DNA of 62,817 nt, filler included, from Nitrospinota bacterium (GCA_022562795.1; 9 parts of 9 records of this genome joined end to end with filler, not necessarily neighbours in it), one strand, 5' to 3'; positions 28,088 through 38,741 are shown, counted from the whole stretch's first letter. Notes: generated by a model from the sequence alone, not told the origin. Numbers and translations: made by a program.

Positions 28088-28639
28088 TCAGGCTTTGTCG
28101 CCAGAAGCGATCCCGGCGGCTGCAGATGGCCGAAGAGCCGCCGCCAGACGCTCTTTGAGCCACACGACCGTGGTTGCCCATCGGCTCCCATCGGTTTCCC
28201 GGCAAATTGCCAGGGCTTCCTCCGGTGTCTCGGCCAACAGTAGCTGTGTGCGGACCATGGGCTCGCGCAACAGGACGACCAAACCGTTGAGTAGCCTGAA
28301 GCCGGCACGACGTTTGCCGGGAGGAACGAGGAGGATACAGACGAAGTGGACCAAAGGGCCTGCGGGGCTATCGACGGCGATTCCGGCCGGGGAGCGACCT
28401 AGGGCCAAGCAGGGCCGGTCCACAGCTGGGCTGAAGGCGTGCACGATGGCGGCCTCGCCCTCACCGACCATGCTCGCACGGCGCCCCCTTGCGCCTAGCT
28501 CGGAGAGAAGCGCAGGGAAGTCTGTCACGCCCTCCGCACCAGATAAGGCGTCAGCCAACTCCTCGATGGCCCCGGCGAGGTCGCCGGAACCCAGTTCAAG
28601 CCGGAAGACCGCCTCCGAAAGAACTTTAGAGATCGTCAT
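28088..28639 (-). CDS. divergent PTS EIIA(Ntr/Fru)-like protein
   Basis: AIEELADAL, AIVHA (His retained), ALGRSPAGI, VHFVCILLVP. Confidence 0.7.
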   Translation of the reverse strand: MTISKVLSEAVFRLELGSGDLAGAIEELADALSGAEGVTDFPALLSELGARGRRASMVGEGEAAIVHAFSPAVDRPCLALGRSPAGIAVDSPAGPLVHFVCILLVPPGKRRAGFRLLNGLVVLLREPMVRTQLLLAETPEEALAICRETDGSRWATTVVWLKERLAAALRPSAAAGIASGDKA

Positions 28640-28739
28640 GGTCCCAGTAACAAGGTCAGGAAAGAATAACGACCGGAAATAATATCCCTTTTCTCTTGGG
28701 CATGCACGGGATTTGCCCCATCGCAAACTTGAAGCGGAA

Positions 28740-30068
28740 TTATACCATAATCCCTAAAATGTCGGAGGTATGCTCCGGGCTAGCCGCCAGAAGTACAGCC
28801 CCCGTCACGGCGCGGTGGACCTCCAGGTTGAGGGGGCCCGGCACCAACTCGCCATCCTCTGCCAGGGGAGCGATCGCCTCAGCTGCGGCAATCTTCATGG
28901 CTGAAGTGATGGTCTGGGCTCGGGCCAGGAGCGCCCCTTTGAAGAGACCCGGGAACCCAAGCACGTTATTGACCGACTTGCCGTCGGCGGCGAACCGGGC
29001 CCCGGCGTCCAGGGCCTCGTCGGGCTCGATTTCCGGAACGGGATTGGTCAGGGCCATAATGACCTGACCGGGGCGAATATCGGCGGGCTTAATCAGCCCC
29101 GCCTTCCCTGTGGTAGCGACAACAATCTCGGCCTCGGCCATGACGGCTTCGTAGGTTCGTCCGGCGCCTCCGAGGAGCTCGAATCGCTCTACTGCCGCAG
29201 GTTCAATGTCCGTGCCGATTAGTTTTTTGACCCCGTAAGCTGAAAGAATGGTCGCAATTCCGGTCCCCGCCGCACCAAGACCTATCTGGCCGACGATGGC
29301 CTCGCTCAACTTTATCCCCGTATAACGGCATGCGTTGATTAGGGCTGCCAGCACCACGACGGCCGTGCCGTGCTGGTCGTCGTGCATAACGGGGATGGGC
29401 AGCCGCCGCTGCAGCTCCTCCTCGATGATGAAGCACTCAGGGGCGCGGATGTCCTCCAGGTTGATGGCGCCGAAAGTCGGGGCGATGGCGACGACCGTCT
29501 CAATGACCACCTGGGGGTCGTGGGAATCGACTAGGATGGGCACCCCGGAGAGGCCCACCAGCTTATCGAGAAGGACCGATTTCCCTTCCATGACGGGCAT
29601 GCCCGCTACCGGGCCGATGTCGCCAAGCCCTAGGATGGCCGTCCCGTTGGTCACAATCGCCACGGTCGATGGTATTGTGGTGTAGTCCCGGGCAAGCTCC
29701 GGATCGTCTTTAATCGCCTGGCAGACACGGGCGACCCCCGGGGTATAGATGTCACGAAGGTCCTCGGGGGAGTCCACTGGCACGGTGCTTCTCGTATGAA
29801 TCTTGCCAGCCTGGTGGCGGTCGAAGACCCGGTCTTTTACGGCCAGCAGTTCAACCCCTTCCAGGGTCTGGATCAAAACCAGCAGATCCTTGAGCTGTTC
29901 TTGATCCTTGACGAGCACGGTGATATCTCGTGTAAGGTAGTCTCTCCCCATGCGAAGGACCTTGATGTCGCCGATGAGTCCACCCGCCTCGCCGATTTGC
30001 ACACCCAACTGGCCCAGCAGGCCTGGGATGTTGCGGATCTTTACCGTGATGACTTTATGATGCTCCAT
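28740..30068 (-). CDS. NAD(P)-dependent malic enzyme with N-terminal ACT domain
   Basis: YTPGVA, TNGTAILGLGDIG, PVMEGK, INLEDI, HDDQHGTA, GLGAAG, NNVLGFPG. Confidence 0.93.
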   Translation of the reverse strand: MEHHKVITVKIRNIPGLLGQLGVQIGEAGGLIGDIKVLRMGRDYLTRDITVLVKDQEQLKDLLVLIQTLEGVELLAVKDRVFDRHQAGKIHTRSTVPVDSPEDLRDIYTPGVARVCQAIKDDPELARDYTTIPSTVAIVTNGTAILGLGDIGPVAGMPVMEGKSVLLDKLVGLSGVPILVDSHDPQVVIETVVAIAPTFGAINLEDIRAPECFIIEEELQRRLPIPVMHDDQHGTAVVVLAALINACRYTGIKLSEAIVGQIGLGAAGTGIATILSAYGVKKLIGTDIEPAAVERFELLGGAGRTYEAVMAEAEIVVATTGKAGLIKPADIRPGQVIMALTNPVPEIEPDEALDAGARFAADGKSVNNVLGFPGLFKGALLARAQTITSAMKIAAAEAIAPLAEDGELVPGPLNLEVHRAVTGAVLLAASPEHTSDILGIMV

Positions 30069-30272
30069 AAACGATCCACCCGTTGCTGACCATCCCCGGA
30101 GGGATAGGACCAAACCAAGTCTTTGATATTACCACGAGACGGTCGGTGAAAGCTACATTCTAAAAGACCGATGTGAAAATGGGATGTTATCGTGGAACGA
30201 GAGAGCGGCTTGCTCGGAAGATTTCGTCGAAGAGGGGCGACAGCGTGGATGGCCCCCCTCGCTGGACGAATG

Positions 30273-30797
30273 TCAATTGGAGGAGACTTCTTGGAGTTTA
30301 TCGACTCGGGACTGCCGCATCGACATCTGGAAGACGCTTTGGATTGTCCGTTCTCGGTCGGCCTCCCGGATGTGGGTGAACTCTATGGCAACTGACCAGC
30401 CTGTTTCCTTCTCTTTTACCCGGAGGACGCGGCCGGCGCAATGGATACGGGCCTCCCCTGAATCTGGAAGCTCGAAGGACACCTCCACGAGCGAGGAGAC
30501 CTCAGGGGCTTCGTCGCACGAAAACTTGAGCCCACCGCCGCCGACATCGACGAGGCGACCCTCGATCCCCTTCCAGTCTCTCCTGCCCCTGGAGTTGAGA
30601 CTGCCGCGTTTGGCCTTGTTGAGGGCCCCCCGGTAGTAGAGGGGCATAGGGCGGATGACATCCTCGCGGAGCTCGCCACCCAGCCGGTTGTGCTCACCCT
30701 CGGTGATGACTCGATAGGAGACCGATAGGGAGAGCTCTGCCCTCAGGTACTCCCGCTGATAGTGGACCTCTTGGTCCTGAGAGGGTTGCGCTCCGAT
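30273..30797 (-). CDS. PilZ domain protein; start uncertain (possible ATC at 30797)
   Basis: QREYLR (RxxxR) lies in frame upstream of first ATG (30647); DVGGGG; GRVLRV, VAIEF. Confidence 0.7.
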   Translation of the reverse strand: MGAQPSQDQEVHYQREYLRAELSLSVSYRVITEGEHNRLGGELREDVIRPMPLYYRGALNKAKRGSLNSRGRRDWKGIEGRLVDVGGGGLKFSCDEAPEVSSLVEVSFELPDSGEARIHCAGRVLRVKEKETGWSVAIEFTHIREADRERTIQSVFQMSMRQSRVDKLQEVSSN

Positions 30798-31283
30798 GGC
30801 TCTTCTCCTTCTTGCAATTCACCCCGGCTCCCCCGCTTTCTTATCGAACGGCGACGGATGTCGGAGACGTTTTTGCTACCCACTCGGACAGGCATCCCTC
30901 CTCGCAAGAAGGACCCGCACCGTTGTTGCTTATTCATTAAATCGGGGGGTACGAGCGAGAGTTTAGAAAAATCTCCAACTTAATGAAATGGTTTCAGTAA
31001 CCAGGAACTTTGGAGATTCCCTGGCACCACCATTTTGTAAACAATCCCTGCCTGGTCGGGTGGAATGTTCAACCCGTAGATGCTCCATGCGTAGGAAGAG
31101 CGCTTCCGGGGTAGAGCCTGTCCTGGATGGGGATATGGCGTATGGGCCAGGTGGTGGGGCGCCTGAGCTGATGCCGGTCGATACGCACGCGGGCCCAGGG
31201 CATACGGCTCCCTTGTGCGGAGCCTTTGCGCCTCCGGCCCCCTGCGCTATAATGGGTTCGAAATGCCAAGAGGAGGTCGAACC

Positions 31284-31592
31284 ATGTCAGACTCCGCTTC
31301 GTCGGAGCGCTGGAGCCTGCAATGCCCATGTTGCCAGGCCATGCTGACCATTGACCGGGACACCGGCGCCATCCTCCACACCGAGCCCTTCAAGACGACC
31401 GACGCACCGGAGAGCCTGAGCTCGGCGGTCGAGGCCCTCAAAGCCCAAAAGCAGGCCCGCCGAGAGCGGGTCCGACAGCGGACCGAGGAGGAAAAGCACC
31501 GCAAGGAGATTTTGGCCAAAAAGGTGGAGGAGGCCCGCAAGCAGGTGAAGGACTTGGAAGGGCCTCCGCCCCGGCCCTTTGACTTCGAATAA
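31284..31592 (+). CDS. CPCC-motif plus coiled-coil hypothetical protein
   Basis: RBS AGGAGG; CPCC-x-LTID-TG then charged helix ending RPFDFE. Confidence 0.75.
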   Translation: MSDSASSERWSLQCPCCQAMLTIDRDTGAILHTEPFKTTDAPESLSSAVEALKAQKQARRERVRQRTEEEKHRKEILAKKVEEARKQVKDLEGPPPRPFDFE

Positions 31593-31628
31593 AACCCAGA
31601 TTCCGCTGGCCCGTCCGAGGAAAGAACT

Positions 31629-31817
31629 ATGAACCTACGGAGAGAAATCTTCCGCCTCAATTTCAAGAGGGGGGTGGAGCCAGTCCCAGCAGAGATCACC
31701 GGCCCTATCGTCGGGATGTTTCTCCTCACCCGCTACAGCTACGAGATCATCTGGCTGGAGGAGGAGGAGGCTGAGGCGGCCACCCCGCCGAAGCCTAAGG
31801 CCCGGAAGAGCAAGTAG
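31629..31817 (+). CDS. small hypothetical protein (62 aa)
   Basis: RBS GAGG; co-oriented with previous gene. Confidence 0.5.
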   Translation: MNLRREIFRLNFKRGVEPVPAEITGPIVGMFLLTRYSYEIIWLEEEEAEAATPPKPKARKSK

Positions 31818-31892
31818 CCGAGCGCAAGCCCACAGGATAACACCGTTCCCTCGGGAAAGGACTATCCCTGGTCGGAAGGCTCCCTTTGGCGC

Positions 31893-32864
31893 TCAGGGCA
31901 CCAGAAGCACTTTGCCCGCTGTCTGGCGGCCCTCCAGCGCGCGGTGTGCCTCAGCGGCCTCGCTCAAAGGGTAGGTCCTATCAATCCTGAGCCGCAGCTC
32001 CCCCGTCGCAACCCAGTGGAGCACATCGCCCGCCCGCTCTAGCAGCTCGCCGCGATCGGCCGCGTAGTGCGCCAGGCCCGGCCGCGTGAGGAAGAGCGAT
32101 CCCCCCCCGGCCGCCAGGACCGAAGGGTCGATGGGAGGGACGGGTCCGCTCGACTGCCCGAAGAGCGCAAGGAGGCCTCGCGGCCTGAGGCAGGCGAGGC
32201 TTTGGTCGAAGGTCGCCTGGCCCACCGAGTCGTAGACGACGTGAACACCCCGGCCGTCGGTCAGCCTGAGCGTTTCCTCGGCGAAGTCGCCCTCCGTATA
32301 GAGGATCACGGCGTCGGCCCCTGCCTCGCGCGCCAGGCGGGCCTTCTCCTCCGTCGAGACGGTTCCGATAACCGTGGCGCCGATCCTGGCCGCCATCTGG
32401 ACGAGCAGAAGACCTACCCCTCCGGCCGCCGCGTGGACCAGGGCCGTCTCGCCCCCGGCGAGGGGGTAGGTAGAGCGGGTGAGGTAGTGGGCGGTCATGC
32501 CCTGGAGCATAGCGGCCGCCCCGGCTTCGGCGTCCAGGCTCTCAGGCAGGCGTACGAGCTTCCAGGCGGGCACGACGGCTCTCTCAGCGTATGAGCCCCG
32601 CTCCATTGCGTAGGCCACGCGGTCGCCAACCTCCACCTCGTAGACCCCCGGGCCCACGGCCTCGACCACCCCCGCGGCCTCCATCCCAGGGGTGAAGGGA
32701 AGCGCACCTGGGTAGAGGCCCGTGCGGTGGTAGACGTCGATGAAATTGACGCCTGCGGCCTCAACGGTGACTAGGGCCTCGCCGCCTCCAGGCTCAGGTA
32801 GGGTAACCTCCTCAAGCTTAAATACCTCCGGGCCACCGTATTCGTGGACGCGAATGGCGCGCAT
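31893..32864 (-). CDS. qor: NADPH:quinone oxidoreductase (zeta-crystallin family)
   Basis: [46 protein letters not shown]. Confidence 0.92.
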   Translation of the reverse strand: MRAIRVHEYGGPEVFKLEEVTLPEPGGGEALVTVEAAGVNFIDVYHRTGLYPGALPFTPGMEAAGVVEAVGPGVYEVEVGDRVAYAMERGSYAERAVVPAWKLVRLPESLDAEAGAAAMLQGMTAHYLTRSTYPLAGGETALVHAAAGGVGLLLVQMAARIGATVIGTVSTEEKARLAREAGADAVILYTEGDFAEETLRLTDGRGVHVVYDSVGQATFDQSLACLRPRGLLALFGQSSGPVPPIDPSVLAAGGGSLFLTRPGLAHYAADRGELLERAGDVLHWVATGELRLRIDRTYPLSEAAEAHRALEGRQTAGKVLLVP

Positions 32865-33108
32865 ATACGTTGCCTCCTCCAGGCTAAACCCTCAAAATCG
32901 CTAACCTGACGGATACTACCACATGGATAGAGACGGGGTAAGGATCCTCAGCCTCGTGGCGGAGCGTTGGGCCTCGGAAATTGCCTTTTCCCTCTTCGCT
33001 TTGGCACCGTCTCGGCAATCCCTCCCAGGCCCCGCCCTAATGCCCTCATCTCCATTATCCACTCCCCCTTAGCCGTGGTACAATCGGGCCGGGCTGGAAG
33101 GATTTCTC

Positions 33109-33456
33109 ATGGCGTGGACGTTCACGGTTAGACGGGAAGAAGGCTCTGGCTACGTCCGACTCGAAGGGACGGCGCACGATCCCGTTCGTGATTCCAGGCA
33201 GGGGTGGTGTTTCATCATCGGTCCGACCTGGTGTTCGTTGGACCTCTGGCCGCTCTGGCCGGAGACATACGGCCTCTTTGAGCTCTTCCGCCGTTTCCTT
33301 GGGCCCCCCTCCAGCGGACCGCACCATCAACCAGTCGCAGCCGATCTCATGGACGCTCTAGACGAGGGCCCGATCCTGGCCACCGTCTGGTCGTTCCCCG
33401 CCGAGGAGCGCTCACGGGTACTGGCGGAGCTGGAGGCCTTCGTGGCCGGAGAGTGA
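33109..33456 (+). CDS. hypothetical protein (115 aa)
   Basis: RBS AAGGA; fills the gap between flanking genes. Confidence 0.55.
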   Translation: MAWTFTVRREEGSGYVRLEGTAHDPVRDSRQGWCFIIGPTWCSLDLWPLWPETYGLFELFRRFLGPPSSGPHHQPVAADLMDALDEGPILATVWSFPAEERSRVLAELEAFVAGE

Positions 33457-33467
33457 GGTCGGGGGGC

Positions 33468-34445
33468 TTAAGCCCTCAGGCGAATTGGTCGGCCTTCGGC
33501 GGCGGAGCGGACGCAGGCCAGGGCGATACGGACGGCCCGGAGGCCGTCCTCGCCGGAGACGGGAGGCGGCCGTCGGGTGCGGACGGCGCGGGAGAAATCC
33601 TCCAGCACGGCCACGATCGTCTGGCTTGGGCCTCGTACCGCCAGGGGCCTGATGGCGCGCCCCATCACCTTTGTGAGGGTCCCCTGGAGGAAGTCGGCTA
33701 CGAGCTGGCCGCGTTCGCCTACGACCGTCAGCACACCGGTTCGGCCATCGGAGACTTTGGAGGCCTCCAGGCTACATAGGATCCCGGAGCCACGAAGCGT
33801 CAGGACGGCCGAGGCGACATCTTCGAGGAGGGGGTTTTTCACCCGGCGGGTCTGACACCAAACTCGAGAGACCTCCTCTCCCGTGAGGTATCGGATGGCG
33901 TCGAAGAGGTGGACGCCTATCTGCAGAAGGCAGCCGCCGCCGGCGAGGGTGGGGTCGCTCTTCCAGGTCTGGGGAAGGGGTTCCTGCCTCATGGCGGCGT
34001 GGATGGCCTGAGGCGGGCCGATGGATGCGAGGCGGGCCTTGAGGGTTCGGATGGCGGGGCTGTAGCGAAGCGTTTGGGCCACCATGAGGGTGAGGCCCGT
34101 CAAATTGAACGTGTCGCAGATCGCCCCTGCCGCCCTGGTCGTGGTGGCCAGCGGCTTCTCGACCAGAAGCGGCTTGCCCGCGCGGGCTACAGCCCGGGCA
34201 ATCGGGAGGTGCAGGCCCGGGGGAACGGTCAGGCAGACGGCCTCGACCGCTGGGTCGGCAATCAGGTTGGCCCAGTCGCGGTGGTAGGCGCACCCGAGGC
34301 GGGCCGCCTGGCGGCGGCCTATCTCTTCGTTACGTCGGGATATGGCCGCCAACGAGGCGCCGCGGACGCCGTCGGCCAGATGGCGGGCGTAGCGCTCGCC
34401 GTGGCGGCCGACACCGATTAATCCTATGGCCAGGGATCGTCTCAT
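33468..34445 (-). CDS. Gfo/Idh/MocA family oxidoreductase
   Basis: IGLIGVG, GKPLLVEKP, GGGCLLQIGVHLFD. Confidence 0.88.
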   Translation of the reverse strand: MRRSLAIGLIGVGRHGERYARHLADGVRGASLAAISRRNEEIGRRQAARLGCAYHRDWANLIADPAVEAVCLTVPPGLHLPIARAVARAGKPLLVEKPLATTTRAAGAICDTFNLTGLTLMVAQTLRYSPAIRTLKARLASIGPPQAIHAAMRQEPLPQTWKSDPTLAGGGCLLQIGVHLFDAIRYLTGEEVSRVWCQTRRVKNPLLEDVASAVLTLRGSGILCSLEASKVSDGRTGVLTVVGERGQLVADFLQGTLTKVMGRAIRPLAVRGPSQTIVAVLEDFSRAVRTRRPPPVSGEDGLRAVRIALACVRSAAEGRPIRLRA

Positions 34446-34536
34446 GAGGCCCGTCCTAGAAGGGTTTCCGTTCAACCGCCCGGCCAATTCTATGGTCTAA
34501 CGGTTGAAGTGTCAATCTGTTAGCTGGAGGAGACCC

Positions 34537-35040
34537 ATGGAAGAGCAGCGCGGGCGCCCCCGACGGGTATCGCTAGGACGCCTATTGATCTGGGCGTTGC
34601 TAGCCGCCGTGGCGCTCTGTCTCCCTGCGAGTGAGCTTGTGGGCGCGGGAGAGCGGCTGCTTCGGGTTCTTGATGCCTCGACGGGTCGGCCCAAGACCAC
34701 CTTCACGGTCGAGATCGCCCTTACGGTTAAGGAGCAAATCCGCGGTCTCAAGGGCCGAGACAGCTTGCAGCCTGGAAGCGGGATGCTCTTTCTGTACCCC
34801 GAGGCCGCCCTCCGCGCCTTCTGGATGAAGGACGTCCTCATGCCCCTCGACATCGTTTTTGCCGACGGCCAGGGCCGGATCACCGAGGTCCTGGAGCAAC
34901 TCCCGCCATGCATAGGGCCCGTCGCGCGTTGCCCCTCCTATCGCTCCCGCTCCCCGGCCCGCTACGTGCTGGAGCTCTCGGCCGGCCAGGCGTCCGCCCA
35001 CGGACTTCGGCTCGGCGACCGATTGGAGCTAGCCCCATAA
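34537..35040 (+). CDS. DUF192 domain protein
   Basis: VEIA, GMLF, FWMKD-LMPLDIVF, YVLELSAG. Confidence 0.88.
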   Translation: MEEQRGRPRRVSLGRLLIWALLAAVALCLPASELVGAGERLLRVLDASTGRPKTTFTVEIALTVKEQIRGLKGRDSLQPGSGMLFLYPEAALRAFWMKDVLMPLDIVFADGQGRITEVLEQLPPCIGPVARCPSYRSRSPARYVLELSAGQASAHGLRLGDRLELAP

Positions 35041-35359
35041 TCCCACCTGCCATGACCCTTAGGGTTTTCCTTGTAAGTGCATCCTAGTTGGCGAAGCGGA
35101 ACCCTCTAACAACCCAGATTTGCTACAGTTGGAAGCTTCCTTATCAAAAACCCAACCCTCAAATCCAAATTTACGTTTACTTTATAAAACGTTCCAGCTA
35201 TCCTGCCCAAACGTCTCACCCGCTCCTTGAAGGCCAAAAGGTCGTTGACATGCAACTCCCGAATTCTTTAAGCTAGGTAGACCAGTACACCGGCTGCAGA
35301 GAGGATGGAGCCCAAACGGTTGCATCTACTTGAAAACACATTAGCTGTGGACTCTTATC

Positions 35360-36549
35360 ATGCTAGACCAGAAGTTCCTCATGACCGTGGAGACCGTTCG
35401 GAAGCTTTTGCATCGCCACGCAACGGCCCATATCCAGAATATTTTCTCCAAACTCCATCCGGCCGATATCGCCCGTCTCCTTAGAGGCTTCCCCCTCCCA
35501 GACCAGCAAAGCCTGTTTAATCTAGTCGAAGATTTGAAGCTCGCCGCCCAAATCCTGAGGGAGAGCGACCCCAAAACGGTGGAGGAGATTGTCTCGCCCT
35601 TGGATGTAAAGCGGATCGCCCAGATCGTGCAGGCGATGGATTCAGACGACGCCGCCGACTTCGTTGGCCGTATGGATTCAGATTTTGCCGAGGAGGTTTT
35701 GCAGGCCATGCATCGGGATGAGTCGGCCGAGGTTGAGCAGCTCTTGCTCTACCCGTCGGAATCCGCAGGCGGAATTATGACGACCAGCGTGTTGGCCTTC
35801 CCTGAGGAGATGACAGCTGCGGAGGCTGTCGCCGAGGTGCGCCGGGCCAGCGAGGTGGAGATGGTTTTCTACATCTACGTTGTGGACGACAAGGGCCACT
35901 TGCTAGGTGTGACCTCGTTACGGGAAATCATCTTGGCCCATCCAACGGCTGCCATGAAGTCCTTCATGAACCAGAATGTCCTGAGCGTCTCAGCCTCCAC
36001 AGACCAGGAGGAGGTTGCCAAGCTCGTGAGGCGCTACAACTTGCTGGCCGTTCCCGTGGTGGACGATGAAAACAAGCTGCTGGGGATGGCCACGGTGGAC
36101 GATGTGATAGACGTCATCTATGAGGAGGCCACCGAGGATATGTTGCTGATGGCGGGTGGCTCCCGAGAGGGGATGGAAACCGAATCTCTATTTGGAGTCG
36201 TCCGAGCCCGGCTGCCGTGGCTCTTGGTGAGCTGCATCGGGGGGATCGCGGCAATCCAGATTATCAGCCACTTCCAGGGGACCCTGGACCGGCTCGTCGT
36301 ATTGGCGGCCTTCATCCCCATCATCATGGGGATGGGCGGTAACGTGGGTACGCAATCTGCCGCTATCGTCATACGCGGGCTCGCCTTGGGCCAGATAGAC
36401 AAGAAGGCCATAGGGATGGTCGTCCTACGGGAGGTTCGGATCGGGCTGGTGTTGGGGTTTATATACGGGGTCTTAGTGGGCACTTTGGCCAAGCTGCAGT
36501 ACGCTTCAGTACCCATGCTCGGCTTGACGGTGGGCGGCGCTATCCTTGG
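35360..36549 (+). CDS. mgtE: magnesium transporter, truncated at contig end
   Basis: LHPADIA, SAGGIMT, CBS pair, RLPWL, GMGGNVGTQS. Confidence 0.95.
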
Positions 36550-36685
36550 NNNNNNNNNNNNNNNNNNNNNNNNNNNNNNNNNNNNNNNNNNNNTTAATTA
36601 ATTAANNNNNNNNNNNNNNNNNNNNNNNNNNNNNNNNNNNNNNNNNNNNTAAATCTTCGCCATAAGTAATAAGGAGGTTCAACAG

Positions 36686-36955
36686 ATGCCGAAATACGTA
36701 GTCATCGGGATCTACGCGGAGGATGCCGTAACGAAGAGGGAGCCATACCGGGCCGAGCACCTGGCCCGCCTGCAGGCTCTCAAAGACGAGGGAAAGGTGG
36801 TGACCATCGGGCCGACGAAGGATGTAACGAAGCTCTTCGCCATCCTGGAGGTCGAGGGCGAGGCCGAGGCCCGCCGCCTCATCGAGGAAGACCCATACTG
36901 GACGGGGGGCATCTGGACCGGCTACGAGCTCCACGAGTGGGTTCAGGCGTTTTGA
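36686..36955 (+). CDS. YciI family protein
   Basis: R-PYRAEHL, IGP, EDPYW; RBS AAGGAGG. Confidence 0.88.
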   Translation: MPKYVVIGIYAEDAVTKREPYRAEHLARLQALKDEGKVVTIGPTKDVTKLFAILEVEGEAEARRLIEEDPYWTGGIWTGYELHEWVQAF

Positions 36956-37005
36956 GGAAAGTCTATGGGGCGGGGAAAAGAAGAGGGTGGTATAAGTCTA
37001 CGAGG

Positions 37006-37704
37006 CTACGGGCTCGTGGGAAGGTCCGACCTCACCAACTCGGGGTCGTCGCTCAGACGGGGCGGCCCGGCCCTTTGGTGTTCTGGGAGCTCCACCCCAG
37101 GCGGGCTCCACGTCCCGTCGCCCTTCCTAGGCGGGATGGGCCGCATGGAGCGCTGTTTGGTGCGATCGATGGGCTCCAGGGCGAGGAGCTGATCGATGGT
37201 CAGCAGCAAATCCTCACGCCGGTAGGTTGAAAGCTCCACAATCCCCGTGTCCATTCGGATGGCGTCCTCCGGACAGGCCTCCACACAGAAGCCGCAAAAG
37301 ACGCAGAGGCTGAGATCGATCTCGAACCGAGTGGGGTACTTCTCGATGGTCGGGTCGGGGTGCTCGCCCGCCGTTATGTAGATGCAAAAGGCCGGACATG
37401 CGCTCTCGCACATCATGCAGGCCACGCAACGGGGCGAGCCGTCCTCCCGCTTGGTCAGCCGATGCAGGGTGCGGGTCCGCTCGGGCAGCTCCCGGACCAC
37501 TTCCGGGTATTGAATGGTGACAGCCGGCTGCCGGTCCTTCCCTCGGCCGAAGAGCTGGAGGATGTGTCCCGTCATGTTTGAGAAAAAGTGGCGCGAGGTG
37601 ATCCGCAGGCCCCGGAAAATCTCCGGCAGGTAGATCGCCTCCCACCACGTCATGGGAGCGCCTTTCTCTGTGATGGGGCGCTCCGGTTTGGGTGCGTCAC
37701 TCAT
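37006..37704 (-). CDS. nuoI: NADH-quinone oxidoreductase subunit I
   Basis: VTIQYPE, CVACMMCESACP, CVFCGFCVEACPEDAI. Confidence 0.88.
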   Translation of the reverse strand: MSDAPKPERPITEKGAPMTWWEAIYLPEIFRGLRITSRHFFSNMTGHILQLFGRGKDRQPAVTIQYPEVVRELPERTRTLHRLTKREDGSPRCVACMMCESACPAFCIYITAGEHPDPTIEKYPTRFEIDLSLCVFCGFCVEACPEDAIRMDTGIVELSTYRREDLLLTIDQLLALEPIDRTKQRSMRPIPPRKGDGTWSPPGVELPEHQRAGPPRLSDDPELVRSDLPTSP

Positions 37705-37942
37705 CGGCGACGAGGCTCCTCGAAGAGCCGTGCCCCCGCAGACCTTAACAGGGGATTGGCCGTCCAAAGTTGATATCCTAAGTTTCGCCCCTTCTCGCAC
37801 CGGGGGCTCTTCCGCTTAGTATGCAGTCTGTGATTGGGTTTGTCCAGGGGAGGGGAAGATGCCGGGTGGCGAGCCGCCTGGCAAGCCAGGCTGCTGGCAA
37901 GCCAGGAGGGATTTGGAGGGTCTGTGCTATGATAGCCTATCT

Positions 37943-38416
37943 ATGGAGACTCACGATCAGGCAGCCGTGGCCCGTCTCATCCGGAGCCAGCGCTGGGCCG
38001 CCCTCGCCACACTAAAGCAAGGGGCGCCCTTCGCCTCCCTCGTCGCCTACGCCCCTGAGCCGGATTTTTCCGGGTTTGTGCTCCATCTAAGCCGGCTTGC
38101 GCCCCACACGCAAAATCTCTTGGGCGACCCCCACGCCTCGCTCGCCATCAGCGAGCCGGACACCGGCATCGGCGACCCCCAGACCCTCGCCCGCATCACC
38201 GTGCAGGGCGTCGTCGAAGAGGTGGAGCGCGATACGGCGCGATACGACGCCGCCCGCGGCCTCTACCTGGAGCGCCTCCCGGAAGCGGAGCAGCTCTTCA
38301 GCTTCAGCGACTTCGTCCTCTTCCGGCTCGTCGCCGAAGAAGCCCGCTACATCGGCGGCTTCGCCCGCATCTATTCTCTAAACGCCGCCCAGCTGCGCGC
38401 CGCCGCGGATTGCTAA
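37943..38416 (+). CDS. pyridoxamine 5'-phosphate oxidase-like (HugZ family) protein
   Basis: AALATL, PFASLV, LSRLAPHTQNL, ARIT, DFVLFRL, YIGGFAR. Confidence 0.85.
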   Translation: METHDQAAVARLIRSQRWAALATLKQGAPFASLVAYAPEPDFSGFVLHLSRLAPHTQNLLGDPHASLAISEPDTGIGDPQTLARITVQGVVEEVERDTARYDAARGLYLERLPEAEQLFSFSDFVLFRLVAEEARYIGGFARIYSLNAAQLRAAADC

Positions 38417-38439
38417 ACGAAAAGCCCGCACCCACGGGC

Positions 38440-38680
38440 TGTGTAGGGACAGGGCTTGTCCCTGTCCGCATACGGGGTAGTCGGGGTCGCCCCTGACCCC
38501 GACACGCCTCCTTGTCCTAAAGGCCGGACAGCCATAAAGGCTGTCCCTACATAAGTCGAGAAGATGGTGGGCGATGCAGGACTTGAACCTGCGACCGCTT
38601 GGGGGTGAAGCGCATATCGGGTAGTTCCGCCTCAGGCGGACCCCAGGCGGAACCCCGACACCTTTTTAGGCGGACAGCGG
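38440..38680. repeat. REP-like cluster with inverted GTAG-REP pair and CCGCCTCAGGCGG
   Basis: TGTAGGGACAGGGCTTGTCCCTGTCCG, GTAGTCGGGG...CCCCGAC, CGGACAGCCATAAAGGCTGTCCCTACA. Confidence 0.85.
38565..38609 (-). pseudogene. tRNA 3'-half remnant (Val-like), possible att scar
   Basis: Minus strand TTCACCCCCAAGCGGTCGCAGGTTCAAGTCCTGCATCGCCCACCA: T arm, acceptor 3' strand and CCA present; no D arm or 5' strand. Confidence 0.75.
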
Positions 38681-38741
38681 CTCGTTAATCGGGTGCGCGT
38701 ATCTGCTAAGCCGCAGCCCATATTAGACATACCTAACGACG

